From positions 1-57,315 of the forward strand of contig JAVSLV010000063.1 in NCBI GenBank assembly GCA_039666535.1: a stretch of DNA of 57,315 nucleotides, written 5' to 3'. This stretch comes from Methanobacterium sp. Its GTDB lineage: Archaea > Methanobacteriota > Methanobacteria > Methanobacteriales > Methanobacteriaceae. A program made the translations under genes and the position numbers. The notes below the pieces were generated by a model that saw only the letters and a list, made by a program, of their open reading frames with translations, did not search any database and had not been told where the DNA came from. Below are positions 22,037 through 33,290 of this stretch, in pieces. Every line of letters begins with the position of its first letter. Within the stretch, counting starts at the first letter, position 1.

Positions 22037-23050
22037 CTAAATTAACTGATCAACCATCCATTCAGGTTTAAATTCCATTATATCTTCATATGATTGACCA
22101 ACACCTAAAAAAAGTATTGGTTTATTAATCACGTAAGCAATAGAAAGAGCAGCACCACCTTTTGCATCTGCATCTGCTTTAGTAAGGATTATTCCATCAA
22201 TACCTACAGCATCGTTGAATTTAGATGCCTGCTCCACTGCGTCATTTCCTGTAAGAGAATCACCCACATAAACTATAACATCTGGCTTTACAACACGCTT
22301 AATTTTTTTCATTTCATCCATGAGGTTCACGTTTGTCTGCATTCTACCTGCAGTGTCAATTAAAACTATTTCTTTTCCTTTAGCTTTTGCATGTTCAACA
22401 GCGTCATAGGCTACTGCAGCAGGATCTGCGCCTTTTTTATGCTTTATTAATTTAACACCAATCTTTCCTGCATGATACTCGATCTGCTCAATAGCACCAG
22501 CCCTAAAAGTGTCAGAAGCTGCAATTACTGGAGTATATCCTTCATTTATGAAAAATGTAGCTATTTTAGCGATTGTAGTTGTCTTCCCAGTACCATTAAT
22601 TCCAACAAACATGATTTTAAGTGGTTCACCAGTTTTACCTGCATTTTTAGCCATTTCTTTAAGATCTCGAGTTTCAACACTGAGTATTTCAGTCACTGCT
22701 TTTCTAAGTGCTTCTTTTGTAAATTCTGCAGTATCACTTCTTCTTCTAATCTTTTTACCAACAAGATCTTCTTTTACTGAATTAATAATCTTTTCAGCTA
22801 CTTCAAGGGCGACATCGCTTTCAAGTAAAGATATTTCAAGTTCAAAAACTATGTCACCGATATCTTTTTCAGAAATCGCTTTTTGGGTGATAAAAGAGAA
22901 GATTCCAGATTTTTTTTCTTCAGCAGGTTCTTTTTTTGCTTCTTCTGGAGCTTTGGAAACTGTAGTATCCTCTGTTTTTTCATCGCCCTGGAATCTATCA
23001 CTTATTTTTCCCACTGTACTACTGAATTTCTTTTTAAGTGATTCAAACAA
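22037..23050 (-). CDS. ftsY: SRP receptor FtsY
   Basis: [22 protein letters not shown] and [10 protein letters not shown] motifs; TTG start assumed at LFESLKKKF. Confidence 0.95.
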   Translation of the reverse strand: MFESLKKKFSSTVGKISDRFQGDEKTEDTTVSKAPEEAKKEPAEEKKSGIFSFITQKAISEKDIGDIVFELEISLLESDVALEVAEKIINSVKEDLVGKKIRRRSDTAEFTKEALRKAVTEILSVETRDLKEMAKNAGKTGEPLKIMFVGINGTGKTTTIAKIATFFINEGYTPVIAASDTFRAGAIEQIEYHAGKIGVKLIKHKKGADPAAVAYDAVEHAKAKGKEIVLIDTAGRMQTNVNLMDEMKKIKRVVKPDVIVYVGDSLTGNDAVEQASKFNDAVGIDGIILTKADADAKGGAALSIAYVINKPILFLGVGQSYEDIMEFKPEWMVDQLI

Positions 23051-23091
23051 AATATCCACTTCTTTATATTTTCCCAAATTAAAAAACAGGT

Positions 23092-23517
23092 TCATTGTTG
23101 TCCTGCTTCAAGTTTTCTAAGCATTGCTTCTGCTTCAGGGCTTTTTCTTACAATGAAATCAGTTAATTTCTGTATATCTCCACTCATTTTATTCATGAGA
23201 TCCTCTAACTCTTTTTTCTGTGAAGATATGCCTTCTTTAGCTTCACCGATGCTTTTTTTAGCAGCTACGCCAGCTCCAAGACCCATTATGATCTTGTCGG
23301 TACTTTTAAGCTCAGTAATGATAAAAGAACCTGCTCCGATTGGTACAAATGTTTCAGCACCTTCTTTTCCTTCGATCGAGTTTAAAGTCTCTTCAGCAGA
23401 TGTTAATTCAGATAATGAAGCTTTAACTGTTTCTATTTGCCGCTTTAAAACGTCCAGATGGCTCTGATACATGTTAATTTCACTTACCAGCTGTTCGAGC
23501 TTTTGTCTATCATCCAC
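23092..23517 (-). CDS. pfdA: Prefoldin alpha subunit
   Basis: Coiled coils flanking the VPIGAGSF and MGLGAGV hairpins. Confidence 0.93.
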   Translation of the reverse strand: MDDRQKLEQLVSEINMYQSHLDVLKRQIETVKASLSELTSAEETLNSIEGKEGAETFVPIGAGSFIITELKSTDKIIMGLGAGVAAKKSIGEAKEGISSQKKELEDLMNKMSGDIQKLTDFIVRKSPEAEAMLRKLEAGQQ

Positions 23518-23526
23518 GTGACCACC

Positions 23527-23751
23527 TCAGATCAGGGCTTTAACCACAGGGTCCTGTACTTCGTCTTTGGAGATTTCTTTAATTTCTTCTATAATTATTT
23601 TGTTTCTTTTAATTCCATGTTTACTTCCAAAGTCAGAATAAATCTTTTCGTGTATATGTTCTTCGTTTATAGCTTTTAACTCCTTAGTAAAGGGTTTTAA
23701 GATATTTCCCATCATAAATTTACCTTGAATTCTAAATATTTTTGTTTTCAT
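23527..23751 (-). CDS. rpl18a: 50S ribosomal protein L18Ae/LX (eL20)
   Basis: FTKE and YSDFGSKHGIKR motifs. Confidence 0.92.
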   Translation of the reverse strand: MKTKIFRIQGKFMMGNILKPFTKELKAINEEHIHEKIYSDFGSKHGIKRNKIIIEEIKEISKDEVQDPVVKALI

Positions 23752-24422
23752 TCATACCCCTCAAGAAAACCTAATGCTTCTTCAATTCTTGCAAGTTCTG
23801 GGCCTGTTGTTTCAAGCCCCACAATAACACCGTTGGAATTTGCCACTGTGCATGCGCCAACAAGTTTAATGCCTCTATTTACAGTTCCAATGTCTGCATG
23901 AGTTTTTAATACACCCTCCAATAATGCAAGTTCGTCTTCAGTTGCAGAAGGATGTGCTAATATCCCTTTATTCGTGGCTACAGCCACAGATCCTGTGATT
24001 TTGAAGTTAGCTATATTTCCTCGCTCTACTTCAACGTCTAAAACATCACTGATTACTTCAATGGATTCACCAGAAAGCAGTGGACTTACAACCGCTCCAA
24101 AGTCATTTGCAAGCACGATATTACCCACGGCAGTGAATTTATCAGGGATTCTTTCCACATTCACTCCAAACTCTTTAATACGTTCTATTTCACTATCAAG
24201 GGTGTAAGGTGATACTAAAAATCCATTTGAATTTCCAGCAGCAAGTGCCCCTGCTAAATTACTCCCGCTAATCGGTGTTTTGATTACAGAAACTTTTAGA
24301 GTATCTGCTATCAAGCATTCCATCGCCTCTGATAAATTTGAGGGAACTATTGCAATTTCATCGGTTGCAGAAATTGCAACTCCCAGATTAGGGTTCCCGT
24401 TTAAATTAGCTCGTCTAATCAT
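23748..24422 (-). CDS. eif6: Ribosome anti-association factor aIF6
   Basis: GNSNG, ATNKG..HP, GTVNRG and TTGPEL motifs. Confidence 0.95.
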   Translation of the reverse strand: MIRRANLNGNPNLGVAISATDEIAIVPSNLSEAMECLIADTLKVSVIKTPISGSNLAGALAAGNSNGFLVSPYTLDSEIERIKEFGVNVERIPDKFTAVGNIVLANDFGAVVSPLLSGESIEVISDVLDVEVERGNIANFKITGSVAVATNKGILAHPSATEDELALLEGVLKTHADIGTVNRGIKLVGACTVANSNGVIVGLETTGPELARIEEALGFLEGYE

Positions 24423-24432
24423 TAAATTTTAC

Positions 24433-24678
24433 CTATTCTACTACGGTGACCAGAACTGTTCCGTCTTCATCTTTACGGGCTTTAATTTTAATTCTGGAGG
24501 GTATTTTCTGGATTCCCCTCTCCCATATTTTTTCGTTAAGAGATGCATCAATTTTAACATAGTCTGTTTTCATATGTCTTTTTATGAATTCTTTTACGTA
24601 ACGAACTGCTCTTGGAGACCTGATAGTCCTTGGAACATTTTTTACTTCTTTTAATGGTATAACATAGACTCTTTCCAT
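24433..24678 (-). CDS. rpl31e: 50S ribosomal protein L31e
   Basis: [12 protein letters not shown] and LNEKIWERG motifs. Confidence 0.95.
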   Translation of the reverse strand: MERVYVIPLKEVKNVPRTIRSPRAVRYVKEFIKRHMKTDYVKIDASLNEKIWERGIQKIPSRIKIKARKDEDGTVLVTVVE

Positions 24679-24690
24679 AACTGAATCTCC

Positions 24691-24849
24691 TTAAACTTTT
24701 AAGCTGCTTCTTCTCCAGTGTCTTCTGGCCTTTGGATGGCTCATTTCTTTTCTACTGGTTTTAATCCGTACCCACACAGGTACTCTCCTACTTTGTTTGT
24801 TGGCTTTAGCAAGCCTTAATTTCTTAGCTAATGGTCTGTTTCTACTCAT
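24691..24849 (-). CDS. rpl39e: 50S ribosomal protein L39e, 52 aa, not in ORF track
   Basis: Translated by hand: [52 protein letters not shown]. Confidence 0.95.
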   Translation of the reverse strand: MSRNRPLAKKLRLAKANKQSRRVPVWVRIKTSRKEMSHPKARRHWRRSSLKV

Positions 24850-24867
24850 TTTTTCACCACGTTAGTT

Positions 24868-25467
24868 TTAATCATTCAAATTTTTCCAGCCCAGCACTTG
24901 CGATTGTACATGGCCTGGAAATATGGTATCAGCTGCATTTTTTCCTTCGGTCCTCTTTATAAGGTACCTGATCTCAATCTCATAATCTGAGTTATTTTCC
25001 ATGTTTGTCTGCTCTTTTTTAACTTCAAAAAGATTTTCAGATAAGTTATTTATGGTTTTATGTCCAAATCCACGAAGAGTAATGTATTCAATATGTCTTC
25101 GCGCTTCAATGCTGCTTATCTCACTTTCTTCAAGCTTGGGAATCCTATCATCCCTTCTTGTTCCATCTGCAACCACGTCATAACGGCAGGCAGCAATATC
25201 CACCGCTTCTTTATGGATATAGTTAATTCCATTGTTGGGAAATCCATCATCAAGAATTATTTTGACTGCGTTTTCAACAATTTTTGTATCTGCCTTTAAA
25301 ATATGGTGTTTAAAGCCAAGGGATGATGCAGATTTTACTGCAGGTTTAAATGAATCAAAAACTCCAAAGTTTAAGGTCACAAGTTCAACATCGTAACCCA
25401 GTTTTTGAAGGATCACCGCCATAAGGGAACTATCCTTTCCCCCACTGTAGAGAACACATGTTTTCAT
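24868..25467 (-). CDS. PP-loop (AANH-like) ATPase, conserved archaeal
   Basis: [17 protein letters not shown] and SDYE motifs; conserved position between PDCD5 and rpl39e. Confidence 0.85.
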   Translation of the reverse strand: MKTCVLYSGGKDSSLMAVILQKLGYDVELVTLNFGVFDSFKPAVKSASSLGFKHHILKADTKIVENAVKIILDDGFPNNGINYIHKEAVDIAACRYDVVADGTRRDDRIPKLEESEISSIEARRHIEYITLRGFGHKTINNLSENLFEVKKEQTNMENNSDYEIEIRYLIKRTEGKNAADTIFPGHVQSQVLGWKNLND

Positions 25468-25799
25468 TTTCTTGTTATCTTTATCTCTCTTTTTTGGCCT
25501 GTGAGATTTTTAAGAAGTTGTTTCAACTGATCATCAGTTATTTTTGATTTAACCCGGCCCATCTGGGCAAGTTGAATAAGTTGAAGTTCAATCTGCTCAA
25601 CCATTTCTGGCCGGGTCAATCTGAGGTTTGCAAGTCTACCACGGGCTTCAGGAGTTAAAATTTGCATCATGGCCTGTCTTTTTTGAGCTTCTAATTGCTT
25701 GTGAGCCTGTTCCTGTTCCTGTGATGCTGCTTGCTGTGCTGCGGCCTGCTGCTGCAGCTCCTGCATTCTTTTTCGTCTTAATTCTTCAATATCGCTCAA
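25464..25799 (-). CDS. PDCD5-family DNA-binding protein
   Basis: [17 protein letters not shown] and LIQLAQ motifs. Confidence 0.9.
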   Translation of the reverse strand: MSDIEELRRKRMQELQQQAAAQQAASQEQEQAHKQLEAQKRQAMMQILTPEARGRLANLRLTRPEMVEQIELQLIQLAQMGRVKSKITDDQLKQLLKNLTGQKREIKITRK

Positions 25800-25835
25800 A
25801 ATTCAACCTCCATGGTCTTTGATCTAAAAACCTGT

Positions 25836-26273
25836 TTAATAGTGAGCAAGTTCTGGAACTTCTTTTTTAACAATATTTGATACTTTATCAAGGAAAGATT
25901 TACCTTCAGGAGTTACAATTCTTCCCTCTTTAATTTTTGCAATGTACCCTGCATCTTCAAGTTGATGGAGGGCTGTTCTTATTATAGAACCACTTCCTTT
26001 ACGAAATTTCTCAGGGCTGGAACCATTGTCCTTTTTTCCACCGTAGTATGATCTTAAACTGTTCAATCCAACAGGGCCGTCAATGTACACCCTTCTTAAG
26101 ATAGATGCACATCTTGTGTACCACCAGTCCCTATCTTCTGGCCTCCTTTCCTTGTGGACTCCTGTTTTAACGAATTTTGCCCATTCAGGCGGGTTTATTT
26201 TCTTATTTTCACTTAATTCTTTTGCAACATTACTTATCAGCAAATCTGCAGGTGCATCGTAAACTGTAGTCAT
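25836..26273 (-). CDS. rps19e: 30S ribosomal protein S19e
   Basis: [18 protein letters not shown] and ALHQLE motifs. Confidence 0.96.
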   Translation of the reverse strand: MTTVYDAPADLLISNVAKELSENKKINPPEWAKFVKTGVHKERRPEDRDWWYTRCASILRRVYIDGPVGLNSLRSYYGGKKDNGSSPEKFRKGSGSIIRTALHQLEDAGYIAKIKEGRIVTPEGKSFLDKVSNIVKKEVPELAHY

Positions 26274-26287
26274 ATTAATCCTCCTGA

Positions 26288-26548
26288 TTACTTCTTTTTA
26301 AATATAACAGCGACATTTCCTCTTAAATCAATGAGTTTAGAATTAGATTTTTCAATTATATTATTTATATAATTCTGTTTTTCTGAAGATATATTTTTTG
26401 CAAATTTTAATTTTATTACTTCATGAGCTTTAAGCTGTCTTTTTATTTCTTCTATAACACTTTCATTTATTCCAGACTTTCCAATATTTATGGTGATTGC
26501 CTGAAGTGATCTATTCATTAATTCTTTTTTTGATGACATAGGATTCAA
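26288..26548 (-). CDS. YhbY/CRM-domain RNA-binding protein
   Basis: IGKSG, HEVIKLK and RGNVAVIF motifs. Confidence 0.85.
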   Translation of the reverse strand: MNPMSSKKELMNRSLQAITINIGKSGINESVIEEIKRQLKAHEVIKLKFAKNISSEKQNYINNIIEKSNSKLIDLRGNVAVIFKKK

Positions 26549-26882
26549 TAGTTTTCCTCCTTTTATCTTTCTTTTCCTTTATATATGGAATGTTCACTAT
26601 ATTTCCACAATTAAAGCATTTTATAGTAACACATAAATCCCTTAACCTGATCTGGCAGTTACTTCCAGGTTTCAAGAACTTATTACAGTTTTTACAGAAT
26701 CTCCTCTTCCAGATCCTGGGCATTCTTATATTATATTTAGTGGCGATATTTCTTGCCATTTCAACGTAACGATCTGACCGTTCAGGGTGTTTTTCGAAGG
26801 ATTCTTCTGCAAGTTTAAAGAGAATATCAATCCTTTCTCTCGCTATCTTTAACATCCATTTTGGTCTTCTTCCCCTTCTCAA
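26511..26882 (-). CDS. rnp4: RNase P protein component 4 (Rpp21)
   Basis: IARERIDIL, RYV and CKNC...CFNCG zinc ribbon. Confidence 0.92.
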   Translation of the reverse strand: MRRGRRPKWMLKIARERIDILFKLAEESFEKHPERSDRYVEMARNIATKYNIRMPRIWKRRFCKNCNKFLKPGSNCQIRLRDLCVTIKCFNCGNIVNIPYIKEKKDKRRKTIESYVIKKRINE

Positions 26883-27096
26883 ACTTTACCCTCTAATAAG
26901 TCATTGGCGATATACTCTCAAAAATCTCTGGTTTTCAGAGTTTCGTAAGTTAAAATCATAGAAATGGATCTTAAGCTTTTGTCCGGGTTTGAACTACCAA
27001 ATCAAATTAATATATCAATTTACCTGAATCAGTCATGTGTATAATAAACCTCAATATAACGTGAGCCTACTTAAGAATAATATTATAGTTTATTTT

Positions 27097-27678
27097 TTAT
27101 TCTATATTAAAAACTTTTCCCTTTGGTGCCCTATCATCAAAAATTGTTAAATATTCAAGATAATCCACATTACCGATAGGAAACTCTTTACCACTATTTA
27201 TAGCATCAATTATCAAATCAGAAACTTCTTGGGGAGAAATATCACCTGTATCTATTTCACGAGCTTTTTTACCATGAATTTCATAGGCTTCATATGAACA
27301 AATCCCGATGGTTTCAGCTTCAATATTCTCATTTATCTTAGCATCTTTCCATCCTTTAACATCCATACGAGACCTTAAAACATCAGGATTAGCTCTTAAA
27401 ACAATTACTATGTCTGAATTTTCATAAAAATGTGAAAGATGCCCTTCAATAATAATATAACTTGATTTATCAATTTTTTGGGTTATATTATCCAGTTCAT
27501 TAAAGAGCAGATCCAGATCCACTATTTTGTATCCTTTTTCTTCATCAATACCTGTGTAAAGGTGTTTTTCATCAACCAGTTCATTGATACATATTAAATA
27601 TGCGTTTAATTTTTCTTTAAGTATGTTAGAAACAGTTGTTTTTCCAACACCCGGCGTTCCAGTAATTAGAATTATCAT
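27097..27678 (-). CDS. AK6/Fap7-type adenylate kinase
   Basis: TGTPGVGKTT, EGHLSH and ENIEAE motifs. Confidence 0.88.
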   Translation of the reverse strand: MIILITGTPGVGKTTVSNILKEKLNAYLICINELVDEKHLYTGIDEEKGYKIVDLDLLFNELDNITQKIDKSSYIIIEGHLSHFYENSDIVIVLRANPDVLRSRMDVKGWKDAKINENIEAETIGICSYEAYEIHGKKAREIDTGDISPQEVSDLIIDAINSGKEFPIGNVDYLEYLTIFDDRAPKGKVFNIE

Positions 27679-27679
27679 C

Positions 27680-28468
27680 TTATTTTAATTTTTCAATTAA
27701 GATTTGAGCTATTTTTTCACCAGATAACAGCATTCCGCCGAATATTGGACCCATTCGTGGAGATCCATAAACAGCGTTTGCTGCCATTCCTGCAACGTAT
27801 AGTCCAGGATACACTTCTTTAGTATTGCCTATAATGGCCATTTCTCCAGCCTCAGCCCACATTGGTTTTTCACCAAGGATTTTTCCAGTTTTTGTCTTTA
27901 ATTTTGGCCCTACTTTCCTTTCCACAACCTTCACAACTTCACAGTCGTGTCCGGTTGCATCGATAACAGCTTTTGTTCTTATGGCTAATGGATCAACATG
28001 CAATCCCTCAATCTCAACTGCGCTCCAGTTTAAAACAAGTCCACTGATATCTTCACCTTCCTGAACCATTACATCCTCAATACTCATTAAATTGAATACT
28101 TTAAGCCCTGCCTGGGTAGCTTTGGAACACAGTGTTGAAACAGACTCTACAGAATCAGCTATGTAATAATCTTCTTCGTATCTCTGGGTTCTTATTCCAA
28201 ATTCGTCGAGAATTCTCCTGCTTTCTTCCTGGACGACAATTTTGTTGAACATCATGCCACCGCCCCACATACCGCCGCCGATGCTTAATTTTCTTTCAAA
28301 TAAAGCAACTTTAAGACCTGCCTTAGCAAGGTAGTAACCAGCCGTAAGTCCAGCAGGACCTCCCCCACCTATTCCAACATCAATATCAGTATAATCAATA
28401 AAATCTTCCATAAAGCTTTGAATTATTGCTTTTGATATCACTGCATCATCAAGTTTCATTTTTTTCAC
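27680..28468 (-). CDS. thi4: Sulfide-dependent thiazole synthase Thi4
   Basis: [19 protein letters not shown] (His form), DATGHD and [10 protein letters not shown] motifs. Confidence 0.93.
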   Translation of the reverse strand: MKKMKLDDAVISKAIIQSFMEDFIDYTDIDVGIGGGGPAGLTAGYYLAKAGLKVALFERKLSIGGGMWGGGMMFNKIVVQEESRRILDEFGIRTQRYEEDYYIADSVESVSTLCSKATQAGLKVFNLMSIEDVMVQEGEDISGLVLNWSAVEIEGLHVDPLAIRTKAVIDATGHDCEVVKVVERKVGPKLKTKTGKILGEKPMWAEAGEMAIIGNTKEVYPGLYVAGMAANAVYGSPRMGPIFGGMLLSGEKIAQILIEKLK

Positions 28469-28496
28469 CGCTATAATTTTTAATTAATCACTGCTA

Positions 28497-29600
28497 TTAC
28501 TTTCTAATTATTATTCTTAAAACATCGCCGTCATTTAATACATGATCAAGCCCTACTTTCTGCCCTTCAAACTTTACAGATGTCCCCCAAATCTTTGCAT
28601 GCCTGAAATTTCTTACAAAATCACGGTGAAGTTTATTTGCAACATCCTTAACTCTGGATTCTTTTCTAACAATAAGAGGTTCTTCATAATCGGTCTTTTT
28701 ACCTTGAGGTTTAAGATAAACACGTATAAGTGCTAATTTATCAAATATTTTTCTTTTGAGTTCTTCAATATTGATTTGCTTATTTGCAGATATAAACATT
28801 GCCTCCGGCATCGTGAACTGAATCTCTTTTAGATACTCTGCATCAGCTAAATCTATCTTATTTATAACCTTTAAAGTTGGAATATACTTACAACTTACGT
28901 CTAAACTGTCAATAAATTGATCAATCGTCACATCATCCCTTATAAGAACATCAGCACTGTGTATTCCATATTCATTCAACACAGAGCGGATTGTTTTTTC
29001 ATCGATATTTGTTAGTTCAAGGGTAGAAGCTATGTTAAGCCCTCCAAGCTTTTTTTGTTTTACCGTGACATCAGGACGTTCTTCATTGGGCCTGATACCT
29101 ATATTTATAAGTTCTTCTACAATAATATCAACGTGCTGTAAATTGAATACATCAAGAACAATTAAAATCAGATCAGCATTTCTTGCAACTGATAAAATTT
29201 CTCTTCCTCTTCCTTTCCCTTTAGAAGCACCTGTAATTATCCCTGGAATATCAAATATCTGAATTTTTGCACCTTCATACTCCATAATTCCTGGAATTAT
29301 ATCAAGGGTTGTAAATTCATATTCTCCAATTTTGGATTCTGCATTGGTGAGGTCATTTAAAAGTGTTGATTTTCCAACTGAAGGAAACCCCACAAGCACA
29401 ACTGTGGAATCCCCACTTTTTTTAACGTGAAAACCTTTCCCTTTAGTTCTTTTACTGCTCCTTTGAAGGGATTCTTCTTTTAGCTTTGATAATTTAGCTT
29501 TAAGTTTACCTACATGGTGTGAAGTGGCCTTATTATATGGTGTTTTTTTAATTTCGTCTTCAATCTGCTTAATTCTATCTTCAAGAGCCATTATAATCAC
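28497..29600 (-). CDS. DRG/Rbg-family GTPase with TGS domain
   Basis: [22 protein letters not shown] and a C-terminal TGS domain. Confidence 0.92.
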   Translation of the reverse strand: MIIMALEDRIKQIEDEIKKTPYNKATSHHVGKLKAKLSKLKEESLQRSSKRTKGKGFHVKKSGDSTVVLVGFPSVGKSTLLNDLTNAESKIGEYEFTTLDIIPGIMEYEGAKIQIFDIPGIITGASKGKGRGREILSVARNADLILIVLDVFNLQHVDIIVEELINIGIRPNEERPDVTVKQKKLGGLNIASTLELTNIDEKTIRSVLNEYGIHSADVLIRDDVTIDQFIDSLDVSCKYIPTLKVINKIDLADAEYLKEIQFTMPEAMFISANKQINIEELKRKIFDKLALIRVYLKPQGKKTDYEEPLIVRKESRVKDVANKLHRDFVRNFRHAKIWGTSVKFEGQKVGLDHVLNDGDVLRIIIRK

Positions 29601-29721
29601 GTAAAATTAGTTTAAATTGAAAAAGTTGTTAATTATTGTTAATGCACATGGATAATAACATTCCCTTACATCCCTTACAATGCCTTAATTGATAAGAACA
29701 TGATCTATTGAATTTATTATT

Positions 29722-30894
29722 TTAAATCGAATTTTTTCCAAGAGGACTTATCTTTCTTAAATTTTCCACAACACTGCTTACAGCTTCTGCAACTTTATGA
29801 GCATCATCAATGGTGTTAAAGCGTCCAAAGGTAAATCTGATGGATCCATGCGCCCTTTCAGAATCATTATTTGCTGCCATTATAACATGACTTGCTTCCA
29901 GAGTTCTGCTAAAACAGGATGAACCTGTACTTACTGCAAATCCTCTCATATCAAGATGCAGCGTGATGGATTCACCTTCAACATATTCAAATGTAATATT
30001 AACATTTTGTGGGATTCTTTTAAACCTGTGTCCATTTAAAACTGTCTGAGGTACCTCTTCTAAAATTCTACTGATCAGGTAGTCGCGAATCTTTTGAAGC
30101 TGTCTATTTTCTTCATCAGTCACTAATTCAACGGCTTTAGCAAAACCAACTGCTCCGGGGACATTTTCAACTCCTCCACGCATGTTGAATTCCTGAAAAC
30201 CACCGTCAAGCCATTTTTTGATGGGCGTACCTTTACGGATGTAAATGCCACCTATGCCGTTAGGACCGTGTATGGTATGTGCTGATACAGAAATCAGATT
30301 CACATGTACTTTATTCACATCAAGAGGTACTCTTTTGAAGGTATGGGTAGCATCGGTATGAAATACAACCCCTTTTTCTTTGCAAATCTTTCCAATGGTT
30401 TCAATATCCTGTATAGTTCCTATTTCTTGATTTGCATGCTGAATAGAAACCAGAATAGTTTCATCGCTGATACCCTCCCTTAAAACATCAGGATCTACAA
30501 GTCCATATTCATCAACATCAAGATAAGTTACCTTAAAACCCTGTTTTTCCAGAGATTTAGCACTGTTTAAAACTGGAAAGTCTTCAATTTTAGACACTAT
30601 TATGTGTTTACCTTTTTTATTTCCAAGAGCAAGTGCTACTCCTTTTAATGCCATATTATTTGATTCTGCACTTCCTGATGTGAAAATAAATTCGCCTGGT
30701 AATGCTCCCAGGGAACTGGCAATGTTTTCCCTGCTTTTTTCTAATGCTTCTCTTGCTTCTACACCTAAAGAATATCCAAAATCAGAAGTTGCAACAGCAT
30801 AAATATCAAAAAAATAGGGCTTCATTGCTTCTAAGACCCTCTCGTCAAGTCTTGTAGCTGATGAATTGTCAAGATAAATGTATTTACTGTTCAT
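29722..30894 (-). CDS. IscS/NifS-fold protein lacking the PLP-binding Lys
   Basis: YLDN, FTSG and GSSC (catalytic Cys) plus SIRF are present; SxHK is replaced by SAHT and EH by ED. Confidence 0.88.
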   Translation of the reverse strand: MNSKYIYLDNSSATRLDERVLEAMKPYFFDIYAVATSDFGYSLGVEAREALEKSRENIASSLGALPGEFIFTSGSAESNNMALKGVALALGNKKGKHIIVSKIEDFPVLNSAKSLEKQGFKVTYLDVDEYGLVDPDVLREGISDETILVSIQHANQEIGTIQDIETIGKICKEKGVVFHTDATHTFKRVPLDVNKVHVNLISVSAHTIHGPNGIGGIYIRKGTPIKKWLDGGFQEFNMRGGVENVPGAVGFAKAVELVTDEENRQLQKIRDYLISRILEEVPQTVLNGHRFKRIPQNVNITFEYVEGESITLHLDMRGFAVSTGSSCFSRTLEASHVIMAANNDSERAHGSIRFTFGRFNTIDDAHKVAEAVSSVVENLRKISPLGKNSI

Positions 30895-30905
30895 GAGCCT
30901 GCCAC

Positions 30906-31325
30906 CTATATAAACAGGGTGATCTTTGAGTCTCGAGCTTCCTGTATGTAGGTACCAACTGCACCATAGTCATCAATCAAGTTCTCCTGAAGTTCTTCTT
31001 TTTTAACTCCCATTATTTCCATGGTCATTTCACAGGCTATTATTTTTCCTCCAAGCTCTTTAAAATCATTTAATAGCCTTTCAAGAGGTGCTACATTGGC
31101 TTTTTTCATTCTAGCTTTAATCATCCATCTACCTAAACCCAGAAAATTCATTTTAGACAATGGCCCTTTTTCCAATCCTCCTTTTTGCAGGCGTTGAAGT
31201 CCCCAGAAAGTGAAGTAAAGCGATGCTTCCATTCCCATGGAAAGTGCCCCATTAGCTATAATAAGTGCGCTGTATATTTTATCCATATCTCCACTGTGGA
31301 CTATAATTGTGGCCTTATCAGTCAT
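30906..31325 (-). CDS. DsrE2/DrsE-like sulfur relay protein
   Basis: SG..DK, YFTFWGL and ACEMTM (conserved Cys) motifs. Confidence 0.85.
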   Translation of the reverse strand: MTDKATIIVHSGDMDKIYSALIIANGALSMGMEASLYFTFWGLQRLQKGGLEKGPLSKMNFLGLGRWMIKARMKKANVAPLERLLNDFKELGGKIIACEMTMEIMGVKKEELQENLIDDYGAVGTYIQEARDSKITLFI

Positions 31326-31334
31326 TTTCTCACC

Positions 31335-31556
31335 TTATTTACGGATTTTAATTGTCCATACTCCATTTTCTTCTTGAACGTCTATTAACTCCAAACCTAA
31401 AGCTTCAACAGCCATTGGAATCTCTTTTTTTGAAGCTGGATGAGTCCCGGTTACTTTGACTATATCTCCTTCTTGAGCTTTTTTCAATGCTTTTCGAACT
31501 TCTACTAAAGGTACAGGGCATGTTTCTCCTTTCACGTCCACTTTTATTTCTGACAT
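31335..31556 (-). CDS. tusA: TusA/SirA-family sulfur carrier
   Basis: DVKGETCPVP motif; 73 aa. Confidence 0.88.
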   Translation of the reverse strand: MSEIKVDVKGETCPVPLVEVRKALKKAQEGDIVKVTGTHPASKKEIPMAVEALGLELIDVQEENGVWTIKIRK

Positions 31557-31859
31557 GGGATCACTACTTTATATTATTTTCAAAATAAATGGTTAAGTAT
31601 TTATTTAAAACAAAATATATTTTTCGATAAATTTGGAGTATGAAATTTAATCCATTTTTTTGGATTAATTCTCTTAGATAGGTTTAAGAGTCTAATAGTC
31701 GTCTGTAATCATGAAGGTAAGATTTGACAAGTATTTCTACCCATAAATATTAATTCACGAATTCAATAGTTAAAAAGTCACGTTTTAACTAAATAATGTT
31801 AACGATCAGACTTTATATATAACAATAGGAAAAGAAATTAATAGTAGATCCTATAACAT

Positions 31860-32711
31860 ATGGGTGAATCCATGAATATCATAGAAACGAATGACATCAA
31901 TTATCATTATCCTGATGGTACTGAAGCCTTAAAAAGAGTTAATTTTAAAGCAGTTGAGGGGAAAATCATTGCATTATTAGGTCCGAATGGTGCAGGCAAA
32001 TCCACACTTTTTCTACACTTTAATGGAATTTTAAGACCTACTTCAGGAAGTATCATTGTAAACAGCGAGGAAATTAAATACGATAAAAAGAACCTTATGA
32101 AAGTGAGGCAGAATGTGGGAATAGTGTTTCAAAACCCTGACGATCAACTTTTTGCACCTACAGTAGTTGAAGACGTGGCCTTTGGACCCATGAACATGGG
32201 TTTATCTAAAGATGAAGTTGAAAGGAGAGTTGATGAATCTCTTAAGCGTGTTGGAATGGAAGAATTTAAAAATAAAGCACCGCATCATTTAAGCGGGGGT
32301 CAAAAGAAGAGAGTGGCCATTGCAGGCATACTGGCCATGAATCCCAGGATCATGGTGCTCGACGAGCCCACTTCAGGTCTTGATCTAAAGGGTGCATCCC
32401 AAATACTTAGAATACTCTATGAATTAAATAAAGAAGGAATGACAATTATTATATCAACTCATGATGTGGATCTGGTGCCTCTTTATGCTCATCAGGTTTA
32501 TATAATAAGTAAGGGAGAAATTATAAAGAAAGGAAGCCCTCAGGAAGTATTTGGGGACGTTAAAACAATAAGAGATGCTAATTTAAGACTTCCAAGGATC
32601 GCTCATCTTATGGAAATACTGCAAAAAGAGGATGAAATGCCTTTTGGAAAACCGTATCCTTTAACAATAGGGGAAGCAAGAAGAAAATTAAAGGAGTGTT
32701 TTGAAGATTAA
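31860..32711 (+). CDS. cbiO: ECF/cobalt transporter ATP-binding subunit
   Basis: GPNGAGKS, FQNPDDQLF, LSGGQKKR and DEPT motifs. Confidence 0.88.
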   Translation: MGESMNIIETNDINYHYPDGTEALKRVNFKAVEGKIIALLGPNGAGKSTLFLHFNGILRPTSGSIIVNSEEIKYDKKNLMKVRQNVGIVFQNPDDQLFAPTVVEDVAFGPMNMGLSKDEVERRVDESLKRVGMEEFKNKAPHHLSGGQKKRVAIAGILAMNPRIMVLDEPTSGLDLKGASQILRILYELNKEGMTIIISTHDVDLVPLYAHQVYIISKGEIIKKGSPQEVFGDVKTIRDANLRLPRIAHLMEILQKEDEMPFGKPYPLTIGEARRKLKECFED

Positions 32712-32719
32712 AAATTTAG

Positions 32720-33196
<477 letters not shown>

Positions 33197-33290
33197 TTTA
33201 AATTAAATAAAAATAATAATATATTCATATTTAATGAGTCTTTAATTTAAAAAGTGAAGAAAGCTAATTAAATCTCGTTGAGGTTTAGTA

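Noticed and set aside
26975-27005. GTTCAAACCC T-loop-like sequence upstream of rnp4 (minus strand)
   Set aside because: The flanks do not form a T-stem or cloverleaf; not a tRNA.
29660-29690. Short TCCCTTACA tandem repeat
   Set aside because: Only two 9-nt copies with no spacers; not a CRISPR array and plausible by chance.
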